The position numbers and the translations under genes are program-made. This document shows, piece after piece, positions 22,845-34,143 of a stretch of 35,606 nucleotides of DNA. The DNA is taken from positions 74,344,295-74,379,900 of the forward strand of contig NC_057718.1 of NCBI RefSeq assembly GCF_004010195.1, in the 5' to 3' direction. The notes under the pieces are model-generated. The model worked only from the letters and a program-made list of their open reading frames with translations. It was not told the DNA's origin and did no database searches. Source of the stretch: Chiloscyllium plagiosum. Taxonomy: Eukaryota. Every line of letters begins with the position of its first letter. The stretch's first letter is position 1.

Positions 22845-23255
22845 AACTGGGGAGAGTTCAGAAAAGTTTTACCAGGATGTTGCCAGACTAGAGGGTATGA
22901 GTTATAGGGAGAGGCTGTATAGCTGGAACTTTTTAAGTGAATAGCAAAGGTCTTTTCCTAGGATGGCAGAGTTCAAAATCAGGGGCATGTTTGATAAGCT
23001 GAGGGGGCAACATTTTCACACAGAGGGTGGTTTGTATGTGGTACAAAGTGCCAGAGGAACTGGTAATGGCAGGTACAGTAGCAACATTTAAAAGATATTT
23101 GAACACGTACATGAATAGGAAGGTTGAGAGGGATATAGGACAAACACAGGCAGTTGGGACGAGTTTAGTTTGGGATACTTGGTCAGCATGGATGAGTTGG
23201 ACAGAAGGGACTGTTTCCATGCTGTATGAATTTAGTACTTTATTAAAACTATGAT
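22845..23255 (+). mobile_element. CR1 3' fragment
   Basis: gttcagaaaagttttaccaggatgttgcc..ttcacacagagggtgg..acatttaaaagatattt, followed by a CR1 tail. Confidence 0.82.
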
Positions 23256-23287
23256 GTGTTGCTCTGGGATGGACAAGGCCAGTAGTT

Positions 23288-23431
23288 ACATAACACCAGG
23301 TTATAATCCAACAGGTTCATTTGAAATCACAAGCTTTTGAAGCACAGTCCTTTTGTCAGGTAAAGGGACAACATTCCGAAAGCTTGTGATTTCAAAAAAA
23401 ACATGTTGGACTATAGCCTGTAACTTCTGAC
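23288..23431. mobile_element. Decayed fold-back PLE pseudo-LTR pair
   Basis: caggttataatccaacaggttcatttgaaatcacaagcttt is inverted against aaagcttgtgatttcaaaaaaacatgttggactatagcctg. Confidence 0.75.
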
Positions 23432-23491
23432 CTCTATTAAAGCTGATCACAAATTGTGTAACCCATTCTTCAGAGTGGACAGACTTATATG

Positions 23492-23585
23492 TGGATTCTG
23501 GATCAGTGGTGCTGGAAGAGCACAGCAATTCAGGCAGCATCCGAGGACAGGCAAAATCGATGTTTCGGGCAAAAGCCCTTCATCT
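23492..23585 (-). mobile_element. PLE pseudo-LTR fragment
   Basis: Near copy of 14649-14740 (ttctggat..gtggtgctggaa..cagcatccgagga..gcaaaagcccttcatc). Confidence 0.8.
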
Positions 23586-23639
23586 TATATGTGCCCAAGT
23601 ATGAGTTAGTGTCCAAATTATATACTTGAAGTTAAATTA

Positions 23640-24480
23640 TTTCCAAAATGTTATGACAGACTTCCCAGTAATCAATGCATCTTACAGTTAGGGGGTAAAT
23701 GCATTCTGACCACATTGCCCGACAGAAAGAAATTACTGTGCATCCATTCCTGAGTTTTTTAAAAGCAGTTGAGATTTTAGAGAAAGCAAAGGAATGCGGA
23801 GATATGGTAGTATGAAAAGATTGAATATTGTCAGCTTGCTGGTGGAACTTAATGTTGTCTTTCCACATGAGATTGCTGGATTTTGTGGATTTCACAAAAG
23901 CCTTTGACACCATGAACAGACTTTACCACACTGTTTACCACATACTAGAGAAACCAGCTTTCCTCGCAAGCTTCAGAGTCTCACATTGATCTTCCATGAT
24001 TACATGGAATGGGGTGGAATAGGACTGTTTCAGCTCCTACGGTTTTATATCTTTCTGTCTACCCCTGGACCAATGATTTCCCTGCTGAATTGGAAGGAGT
24101 GTACCTTCACACATGATCAGACAGGAAACTCCTCAATCTTTAAAGACTGCAAACCAAGGTAAAAGCACAGCATAACTGATCAGAGAACTTCCATGTGCTG
24201 ATGCTGTGCAAGTTACAGAGAATATAGATCAATTCCAAACAAAATCTATTTCATAACTTTCCCACACTACCAATACAAGAATTATGGGATAGAATGTTGT
24301 CTCTCCAACTGTGATCAGAATCAATAGCATACCACTGGAAGGTGTCAACAAATTCCGGTACTTTGGATAACGAGTAGCAGACCACATGCCTCTTATTGAA
24401 GAGTTCAGCACATGTGACAGAAAGGCAGCAACTAATTTTGACTGACTGAAAAACGGGTATAGAAAACAAGCAAACGGCAA
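23640..24480 (+). mobile_element. Ancient RTE-clade LINE RT relic
   Basis: tttgtggatttcacaaaagcctttgacaccatgaacaga reads FVDFTKAFDTMNR. Later DRKLLNL-RLQTK and IRELPCADA resemble the RTE motifs DGKLFNLRRLQAK and ELxxADD. Confidence 0.65.
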
Positions 24481-24829
24481 TATAATAAGTAGTATATATA
24501 TAATTCATTTTTTTGAAAGGGCCTTTATGTGACTGGAAATTACTTGTTTGTCATAAACACAATGTTAGGCTAACAAAAAGACATGAAGAGAACTATCTTA
24601 AAAGCTATACTTTCATGTTTGATTTTTCATATGGATTTTGTTCAGTTGAAAAACATGGCCATCCACAGTCAAATTTCTGGCAAGTTTTAATGAGCATATA
24701 GCAGGATGGAATTCAGACATCACTGTCCTGGAGAAAAAGCTGTATTTTTAATTTTTGTGGACCTTGAAGTTTGCAAACACAGAAGATCAGCAAGTGATAT
24801 ATCACTCCAGCTAGTTCTGCAAATAAGCG

Positions 24830-24990
24830 ACATTGAAGCTCATGGTGCGCATATTGGGACCAATGATTCTTATTATCTCAGCTAAATGAACAATGGATCT
24901 TGACTGGGCATAGAAGTTAACTTTATTGTGCTTGGTTCTACCTACCTCCTAAGGTGAATACTGGATACCTGGCTAGAGGGATAGACACTA
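24830..24990 (+). mobile_element. Possible CR1 ORF1 (SGNH esterase) relic
   Basis: gcgcatattgggaccaatgat reads AHIGTND, matching the CR1 ORF1 motif VHxGTND. The rest is highly decayed. Confidence 0.35.
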
Positions 24991-25204
24991 AAGTGTTGAA
25001 CCCCTTAATGTGAAAGTCACATGACCACACCTATCCCAAAGCACCTAGAGAGTGTGCCATTGTCTCTGGATCCCACTGCTTCAGTCTGGTAAGAATTTGG
25101 TCACTACTAAGATCTGTCTGCTAACATTTTAAGGCTTTCAGCCAGAATGCTGCCTGCTCTGGAAAGTTTTATGAACAGCGATTGGATAGACTGTGATTGT
25201 TGTC

Positions 25205-25570
25205 CTGACTAGAGGAGTTAGAGAGCGGACATGATTGAGATGTATAAAATTATGAAGAGTATAAACACAGTTGCCAGGAAGAAACGTATCCCCTTGATGG
25301 ATGGATCAATGATGAAGGGGCATAGATTTAAGGTAATAGAGGGTTTAGATGAGATGTGAGGAAAACCTTTTCACCTAGAGAATGGTGGAAATCTGGAATT
25401 CACTGAGGCAGAAACTCTCATAACATTTGAGAAGTATTTAGATGCACACTTATGATGCCAAGGCATACAAGGAAAATAGGACGAGAATAGTGAGGTGGCT
25501 ATATTTGACTGGTGGGGACATGATGGGTTGAAGGACCTTTTCTGTGCTGTAGATCTCTATGACTCTATGA
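25205..25570 (+). mobile_element. CR1 3' fragment
   Basis: gacatgattgagatgtataaaattatg..ggggcatagatttaagg..tctatgactctatgac. Confidence 0.85.
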
Positions 25571-26584
25571 CCAACTCAAACCCCCTCTTGCAAGGTTCTG
25601 GAAAGGTTTGCTGTACTCTCTGAAAGTAATTGATTCAGTCTGATAAGCTACTAGTTACAGGTAATACCAATTTGCTAAGAATCTAAGACCTGCTAACATT
25701 ATAACCAGACTCCATGCTGGGGTTAGCCTGTCTGATGTTTTGAACTCAGACAAAAATCACAAAAGAATTGATGTCTACATCATTGATTTTTATGTTATTC
25801 TAAAATTGAAAAATCTTCCCTTTCTTCTTTTGCTTCCTGATATATTTGAATGTGTACGTGTGTTTTGATAATTATCCCCTGAGGTTGAATGCATGAATGA
25901 ACTATGCTTCTATTTTAACATTAAAGGGTTTGTTGCAGGTCAATTTCAAATTGGACTTCACAAACAGAGGGTTATGGGTTCACCAAATCTTAGTTTGAAA
26001 GGAACAGAAAATAAAAAAAACAAGATTTGCTCTAGATAGAACAGAAGAAAGTGGAAAGAACAAATAAAAACAGAAATTGATGGACAAACTCAGCAGGTCT
26101 GGCAGCATCAGTGGAGAGAAAACAGAGTTTCAGGTCCAATTACCCTACTTTATATCTTTGTGGGCGATCTCTTTGACATGACTAATCCTAGATGTTCCCG
26201 AATTTGAGAGTCATATTTTAAGGTACAACAAATGTACCTTATTTTAAACCACTATAAATGATACAAATATGGTTGATGTCCTGCTCAAATGTCAAATGTA
26301 GGAGGTATCCTTTGTCCCTCCATTGAGTTGCTGTACAAGAAAATATGTCTTCAATGGTTACATTTAAGATTCATTCTTCTTTATTTGATTTTCTCTTCAG
26401 GACATCATAATAGAACTTTAGACATAAGCAAAGTGATTGCATCTGTTGAACTTTGAGAACTATGGGCTAATTCAACGGACTCAATATTTCCTTTTTCCTT
26501 CCCAATCTTACTAAAATGTTCAAGTTAATGGAACAATAGAAAGTATCTATTTTCTTCACCAAACATAAAGGATGACTGAATATT

Positions 26585-26765
26585 TATAATACGGAAAGAG
26601 GTCAGTCAGCCCATTGAGTCTGTACTGGCTTTTGGCAGGAATAATGCAGTTATTTATACTTTCCAGTTGCTCCCATTGGCCTTCCAAATTGTTTTTTTCA
26701 AATTATCATCCAATTCCCTTTGGAAATTAATTGATTGAAATCTTCCTCCACCACATTCATAGTGC
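26585..26765 (-). mobile_element. Old CR1 3'UTR fragment
   Basis: cggaaagaggtcagtcagcccattgagtctgtactggct..tccaattccctttggaa..cctccaccac. Confidence 0.5.
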
Positions 26766-27230
26766 GTAACCCAGGGAAACAAGATGTTATATAAACAGGT
26801 TGTCTTGTTGATTTACTTGTATCAAAAGAGAATTTGCACTACCATCTTCTTATCATTTTTTAATTGTCAGAGGTTAAATACAATCATTATTAGCACATAA
26901 TTGTTTCTGATGACTTCACAGATGGTCATTTTTATGCTTATTTCAGACAAAAGAGAGCTATTTGCCATGTTTTAGGAGAGGAATTGAATTGAAGGAATGG
27001 CCTTTTAGTGGAAAGGAGATAATGCCACAGTGCCAAATGCAAACATAATGTAGGTATTAGTGATGGCATGTGCCAAATGCGCGATTAACAACAAAGTCAT
27101 TCAAACACTTTCTTCAAAGGTCAAGTCGATCAACAAGCTATGACATTTGTAACAATTTAATGGAAAGAGTGGGCCAATAGCTGTGCCCCACTATTCCACC
27201 AGCTATCACAAAATGCTTAAAATCCTAATG

Positions 27231-27330
27231 AGGGCTCTTGTAGTGCAGTGGTAGTGTCTCTAACCTGAAGCCTGGATTCAATTCCCATCTCCTCCAGACG
27301 TCTAATAACCTCCTGAACAGATTGATTTGA
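27231..27330 (+). mobile_element. tRNA-derived SINE head
   Basis: Box A tagtgcagtggtag and box B ggattcaattccc, without a complete cloverleaf. Confidence 0.6.
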
Positions 27331-27584
27331 AAGTATCTGCAAGTGTTAGAAGTACCAATTAGACATAGTAAAATCCCAATGAGACCACCAAAATGATAAA
27401 TTTGCCTGACTTCTACTCAGGATAAAAGTTGTTTGTAGGAGGTAAGCTTGCAGATTACATAAAAATTGGTGATGTATTATAAAGTAAGGAGGAAAATCTT
27501 AGACTACAGGATAATACATACAGATTGGTAATTGGGCTGAACAGTGGCAACTGAGATAGTAATTCTTAAAATTGTCTCGATACT

Positions 27585-28845
27585 TTATTTATTTATTTGT
27601 GGCATCTCTGGCTGGCCAGCATTTATTGCCTGTCCTTGTTGCCCTTGAGAAGGTGGTGGTGAGCTGCCTTCTTGAACCCCTGCAGATCACCTGCTGTGGA
27701 TTGACCCACAATGCCATTAGGGAGGAAATTCCAGGATTTTGACCCAGCGACAGTGAAGGAATACTGATCTATTTCCAAGTCAGGATGGTAATTGGCTTGG
27801 AGGGGAATTTGAAGGTGGTGATGTTTCCATATATCTGCAGCCCTGTTCTTTTAGATGGAAGTGGTCATGGGTTTGGAAGGTGGTGTCTGAGGAGCTATGC
27901 TGAATTTCTGCAGTGCACCTTGTAAATAGTACACACTGCTGCTACTGAATGTCAGTGGTAGAGGGAGTGGATATTGTGGATGCAATGCCCATCATTTGGG
28001 CTGCTTTATCCTGGATGGTGTCAAGCTTCTTGAATGTTTTTGGGACTGCACTCATGCAGGAAAGTGGAGAATATTCCAACACCTTCCTGACTTGTGCTTT
28101 GTAAATGGTGGGCAGATTTTTGGGGAGTCAGAAGGTGTGTTACACGTCGCAGTACTCCTAGCCTCTGACCTGGTCTTGTAGCTACTGCATTTACGTGGTG
28201 AGTCCAGTTGAATTTCTAATAAATGATAACCCACAGGATGTTGATAGTAACATCATTAAATATCAAGGGGCAGTGGTCAGATTGTCTGTTATTGGTGATG
28301 GTCATAGCCTGGCATTTGTGTGATGAGAACGTTACTTGCCACTTGTCAGCCCAAACTGAGATATTGTCCAGATCTTGTTGCATTTGAACATGTATTGCTT
28401 CAGTATCTGACGAGTCGCAAGTGGTGCTGAACATTGTGCTATCATTAGCAAACATCCCCACTTCTGACCTTATAATGCAGGGAAGGTCATTGATGAAGCA
28501 GCTGAAGATGATTCAGCCTAGGACACTACTCTGAGGACCCCCTGCAGAGATGTCTTGGAGCTGAGATGACTGACCTCCAACAACCATGACCATCTTCCTA
28601 TATGTGTCAGACATGACTCTAACCACCGGAGGGTTTGCCCCTGGATTTACAATTATTCAATTTTGCCAGAGCTCCTTGATGCCATACTCGGTCGAATGCA
28701 GCCTTGATGTCAAGAGTTGTCACTCTCACTTCACCTGTAGAATTCAGCTGTTTGTCCATGTTTGAACCAAAACTGTAATGAGGTCAAGAGCTGAGTAGTC
28801 TTGGCAGACCCAAACAGGCCATCACTGAGCAGGTTATTGCTGAGT
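27585..28845 (-). mobile_element. CR1-group LINE family B, 3' RT region
   Basis: ORF 28216-28461 reads MFANDSTMF..MQQDLDNISVWADKWQVTF..KCQAM. LDIKAAFDRVWH is encoded near 28680-28715. Confidence 0.88.
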
Positions 28846-29118
28846 GTTTTTTAAAAACATTTACTCATTTTGTGGTGTGTAGGTGTCACTGGCTGACCAT
28901 CATTTATTTCCCATCCCTAATTGCCCTTGAGAAGGTGGTGGTGAGCTGCCTTCTAGAACTGTTGCAGTCCATCTGCTGTGGGTTGACCCACAATGCCATT
29001 AGGGAGGGAATTCCAGGATTGTGACCCAGCAATGGTGAAGGAAAGGTGCAAAATTTCCAAGTTGAAAATGTGTTGCTGGAAAAGCGCAGCAGGTCAGGCA
29101 GCATCCAAGGAGCAGGAG

Positions 29119-29154
29119 AATCGACGTTTCGGGCATGAGCCCTTCTTCAGGAAT
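29119..29154 (-). ncRNA. Minimal type I hammerhead ribozyme motif
   Basis: Reads AUUC-CUGAAGAA-GGGC-ucau-GCCC-GAAA-CGUC-GAUU. Confidence 0.75.
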
Positions 29155-30957
29155 GAGGAAAGTGTGGCAAGCAGGCTAAGATAAAAGGTAGGGAGGAGGG
29201 ACTTGGGGGAGGGGCATTGGAAATTCGATAGGTGGAAGGAGGTGGCGGAAATGGCGACGGATGATACGATATATATGGAGGTTGGTGGAGTGGGGTTCTG
29301 TCCTGGTGGCGATTGGAAGGGTGGGGCTCAAGGGCGGAGGAGGGGGAAGTGGAGGAGATGCGGTGGAGAGCATCGTCGATCACNNNNNNNNNNNNNNNNN
29401 NNNNNNNNNNNNNNNNNNNNNNNNNNNNNNNNNNNNNNNNNNNNNNNNNNNNNNNNNNNNNNNNNNNNNNNNNNNNNNNNNNNNNNNNNNNNNNNNNNNN
29501 NNNNNNNNNNNNNNNNNNNNNNNNNNNNNNNNNNNNNNNNNNNNNNNNNNNNNNNNNNNNNNNNNNNNNNNNNNNNNNNNNNNNNNNNNNNNNNNNNNNN
29601 NNNNNNNNNNNNNNNNNNNNNNNNNNNNNNNNNNNNNNNNNNNNNNGGAACGCTGATAGGGGAGGGGAGGGAAATATATCCCTGGTGGTGGGGTCCGTTT
29701 GGAGGTGGCGGAAATGACGACGAATGATACGATGTATATGGAGGTTGGTGAGGTGGTAGGTGAGGACCAGTGGGGTTCTGTCCTGGTGGCGATTGGAGGG
29801 GCGGGGCTCAAGGGCGGAGGATCGGAAAGTGGAATAGATGCGGTGGAGAGCATCATCGACCATGTGTGGGGGGAAATTGCGGTCTTTGAAGAAGGAGGCC
29901 ATCTGGGTTGTTCGGTATTGGAACTGGTCCTCCTGGGAGCAGATGCGGCGGAGACGCATCTCCACCGCATCTGCTCCCAGGAGGACCAGTTCCAATACCA
30001 AACAACCAGATAGCCTCTTTCTTCAAAGACCGCAATTTCCCCTCAGACGTGGTCGATGATGCTCTCCACTGCAGCTCCTCCACCTCCCGCTCCTCCACCC
30101 TTGAGCCGCACCCCTCCAATCGCCACCAGGACAGAACCCCACTGGTCCTCACTTAGCACCCCACCAACCTCCACATACATCGTATCATCCGTCGCCATTT
30201 CCGCCACCTCCAAATGGACCCCACACCAAGGATATATTTCCCTCCCCTCCTCTATCAGCGTTCCAAAAAGACCACTCCCTCCGTGACTCCCTCATCAGGT
30301 CCACACCCCCCACCAACCCAACCTCCACTCCCGCCACCTTGCCCTGCAACCGCAAGAAATGCAAAACTTGCACCCACACCTCCCCCCTTACTTCCGTCCA
30401 AGGCCCCAAGGGATCCTTCCATATCGGCCACAAATGCACCTGCACCTCCACACACATCATTTACTGCATCCGCTGCACCCGATGTGGCCTCCTCTATATT
30501 GGGGAGACAGGCCGCCTACTTGCGGAACGTTTCAGAGAAACCTCTGGGACACCTGGACCAACCAACCCAACCACCCCGTGGCTCAACACTTCAACTCCCC
30601 CTCCCACTCCATCAAGGACATGCATGTCCTTGGACTCCTCCATCGCTAGACCATAGCAACACGATGGCTGGAGGAAGAGTGCCTCATCTTCCGCCTGGGA
30701 ACCCTCCAACGACAAGGGATGAACTCAGACTTCTCCAGATTCCTCATTTCCCCTCCCCCCACCTTGTCTCAGTCCCAACCCTCGAACTCAGCACCACCTT
30801 CCTAACCTGCAATCGTCTTCCTGACCTCTCCACCCACACCCCCTCTTCGGCCTATCACCCTCACCTTGACCTCCTTCCACCTATCGCATTTCCAACGCCC
30901 CTCCCCCAAATCCCTCCTCCCTACCTTTTATCTTAGCCTGCTTGCCACACTTTCCTC

Positions 30958-30993
30958 ATTCCTGAAGAAGGGCTCATGCCCGAAACGTCGATT
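30958..30993 (+). ncRNA. Minimal type I hammerhead ribozyme motif
   Basis: attc-ctgaagaa-gggc-tcat-gccc-gaaa-cgtc-gatt, with predicted cleavage after GUC at 30989. Confidence 0.75.
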
Positions 30994-33077
30994 CTCCTGC
31001 TCCTTGGATGCTGCCTGACCTGCTGCGCTTTTCCAGCAACACATTTTCAGCTCTGATCTCCAGCATCTGCAGTCCTCACTTTCTGCTATATTTCCAAGTC
31101 AGGATGGTGAGTGACTTGGAGAAGAACCTGAAGGTGGTGGTGTTACTAGGTATATGCTACTCTTGTCCTTCTAGATGGAAGTGGTCATGGCTTTGGAAGG
31201 TAGTGTCTGAGGATCTGAATTTCTGCAGTGCCTCTTGTAGATAGTACACACAGCTGCTGCTGAACATTGGTGCTGGAGGGAGTGGATGCTTGTGGATGAA
31301 GCACCAATTAATTGATTTGCTTCATAGCACTGTTGATGACACCTTCTATCACGCTACTGATGATCGAGAGTAGATCGATGTGGTGGTAATTGGCTGGGTT
31401 GGATTTATTCTGCTTTTTTTGTACAAGACATATCTGGCAATTTTCCATTTTGTCGGGTAGATGCCAGTGTTGTAACTGTACTGGAAGAGCTTGGCTAGGG
31501 GTTGTGGAGCACAAGTCTTCAGTACTATTGCTGGATTGTTGTCAGGACCCATAGCCTTTGCAGTATCTAGTGGCTCCAACCATCTTGATATCATGTGAAG
31601 TTAATTGAATTGGCTGAAGACTGGTAAAGTAATGCTTGGGATCATTGGAGGAGGTCAAGATAGATCATCCACTTAGCACTTCTGGCAGAAGATTGCTGTG
31701 AAAGCTTCAGCCTTATCTTTTGCAGTGATATGCTAGTGGAGCCTTCTCCTCTCGTGAGCTGTTTAATCATCCACCATTATTCATGATTGAATATGGCAGG
31801 ATTGCAGAGCTTCGACCTAATCTGTTGGTGGTGGGATCATTTAGCTCTGTCTATCACTTGCTGCTTATGCTGTTGGCATGCAAGTTGTCCTGTTTGGTAG
31901 ATTGACCAAGTTGACATCTCACCTTCGGGGATGCCTGGTGCTGCTCCTGGCATGTCCTCCTGCATTCTCCATTGAACCAGAGTTAATCCCCTGGCTTGAT
32001 GGTAATGGTTAAGTGGGGGGTTGTGCTGGGCCATGGGTTACACATTGTGCTGGAGTACAGTTCTGCTGCTCATAGATGCCCAGTCTTGAGTTGCTAGATC
32101 TGTTTGAAATCTGTTCCAATTACCACGGTGATAGAAAAACACAACACGATGGAGGTTATTCTCGATATGAAGCCAGGATCATATCTTCATAAGGACTGGG
32201 TGGTGGTTGCTCTAACTGATAGTGTCATGGACAGATACATCTGCAATTAGCAGATTGGTAAGGATGAGGTCAAATATGTTTTTCCCTTGTTAGTTCCTTA
32301 ACCAGCTGCCACAGACCCAGTCTAGCAGCAATGTCCTTTAGGACCTGACCAGCTCAATCAGTGCTGCTGAGCTACTCTTGGTGGTGGACATACAAATCCC
32401 CCACCCAGAGTACATTTTGTGCCCTTGCCGTCCTCAGTACTTTCGCCATGTGTTGTACAACAGGGAGGAGTATCAATTTATCAGCTGAGGGAGGTCAGAA
32501 TATGGTAATCAGCGTAAAGTTTCCTTGCCCATGTTTAACCTAAAGCCATGAGACTTCATGGGGTCCAGAGTCAATTCTGAGGACTCTCAGGGCAACTCCT
32601 TCCTTGAAGGCAGCAGGATGGGTTCGTAAGGTAGTTAAGAATGCACATTGAATATGTGATTTTATTATTCAAGACATTGAATACAAAAGCAAGGAGGCTG
32701 TACCACAGCTGGAGCACTTTGTGCAATTCTGGTCACCATAATGTGATTGCGCTAGAGAGCATACAGAAGAGATTCACCAGAATGTTGCCTGGTCTGGAGT
32801 GATTTAGTTACAAAGAAAGATCAGATAGGCTAGGAGTGTTGAAGAGTATAGACCGGGTAGATAGGGAGAAACCTCTCCCCTTAGTAGAAGGTTAAATAAC
32901 CGGTGGGCACAGTTTTAAAGTAAGAAGCAGGCGTTACAGTCAGGATTTGAAGACAACTTTTGCATTTCAATCATAGTTAAGACAGACAAAAGACCATATA
33001 ATACATTAATATGTATACTGAGGGCAGAAAAGAATATATACAGGGTAAACAAAATTCCAAAGATCAAAAGTCCAAAC

Positions 33078-33968
33078 TGTTATAAAGCAGACGTTGACCA
33101 CCCCCACCACCAACCCCCCCCCCCGCAGCCAGTAAGAACTAAAACTAAAACACCCAAAAAGGAGCACCTCGCCCTATAATCTGTAAAAAGTGTGTGAAAA
33201 GTGGGGTAACCTGCTTTTCAGCACCTTCTATTCATTAAATAAAATAAATCCCTAACACTCACTTTCAAATCAACAAGTAACAATTTATTTATCTAACTCT
33301 AACAGTGAACAAATTAACTAAACTATTACAAAACCAAATAAATTCTAACTATGAACTATTCCTGAATAAAACAAGATTCTAATGGTATGCTATTCCAATA
33401 AATACAAATCCTTATCATATAAAAATGTAGAATTTAGTGTCTTCTGGAATGTTCTGTGCCTTCTCCGTCGATTCTTCTGTCAGGAATACCTTTGTCATCA
33501 TTGGCACCGTTGTTATTTAGACGATGCTTTCTCTAACATATACATGACTGTGAGAGCTGAAAGATGTTAGGTCTGGCAGATGGCAGTTGGCTCTGGGATC
33601 TTTGTCCAAATGCCCCCTTCTTTTGTACCCATGATGATATATCAATATTTCTTACAATAAGATGGTTCTATGTTGTCAAAACCATGAGATTTAAATTTAA
33701 TAGACTTTTAGTATCTAAGTGCTTGGTGCAAATTAATTGACTAAATTCAAAAGCCTGTTGTCTTGGTTAAAAACTGCTGTTTGACCTGCTAACTATGCAG
33801 CCTTTTGATATACATGTTTCAGTTTCTGTGTACCTGCACACTCCCAAGCTGCTGTTCACAAACATCCATGCTTTCCCCCCCCAGCATTTTACAATTTTAA
33901 AATTTAAAAAACACCAAATTCTAACTTCCTGTGTTCCAAACTACAATTACTCTACACAGCTCACAACA
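33078..33968 (-). repeat. 3' LTR of a Ty3/Gypsy element
   Basis: On the minus strand it starts TGTTGTGA (33968) directly after purine tract aaggagggcgg and plausibly ends TTATAACA (33078). The distal end is less certain. Confidence 0.7.
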
Positions 33969-34143
33969 CCGCCCTCCTTAAGGAAAAATTTCCCCCCTTA
34001 TTATTATTAGTTTTTTTTATATAATCTTAACTCCATTATATTACTAGATCCAGAGCTCATTAATCTAGAGTTGCACATTTTATACTAATTCTATAAATAT
34101 ACATTAAACACTATTTTTTCTATCCTATATAAGCATTTTTCTT

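Larger units (their letters stand above)
29063..31084. mobile_element. Large fold-back Penelope-like insertion
   Basis: Symmetry centre at 29956/29957 (gagacg|catctc). The + arm encodes RICSQEDQF..PLVLT, then CNRKKCKTC..HIIYCIRCTRCGLLYIGETGRLLAERFRE (GIY-YIG). Both ends carry pseudo-LTRs. TSD atttccaagt at 29053-29062 and 31090-31099. Confidence 0.92.
28860..32600 (-). mobile_element. CR1-group LINE family B (endonuclease to RT start, internally deleted), interrupted by a PLE
   Basis: LDTAKAMGPDNNPAIVLKTCAPQPLAKLFQYSYNTGIYPTKWKIA and KSNPANYHHIDLLSIIS. Endonuclease-like VGDLYVHHQE near 32380-32405. The host sequence rejoins across 29062/31090. Confidence 0.87.
27440..32960 (+). mobile_element. 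Old CR1 probably split into 27440-27560 and 32605-32960 by a 5-kb stack
   Basis: The left part is FADDTKIG-like through LVIWAEQWQL. The right part resumes at VVKNA..IEYKSKE..QFWSP..QKRFTRMLPGL, in the expected order. Confidence 0.55.

Noticed and set aside
27231..27300. Possible tRNA gene
   Set aside because: It has A and B boxes only, with no acceptor or anticodon stems, so it is better explained as a SINE head.
29147..30001. Long ORFs spanning 29384-29646
   Set aside because: They are N-gap artefacts within PLE sequence.
30214..30936. 240-aa proline-rich ORF
   Set aside because: It is an off-frame reading of C-rich PLE DNA; the meaningful frame is the GIY-YIG one (30339-30656).
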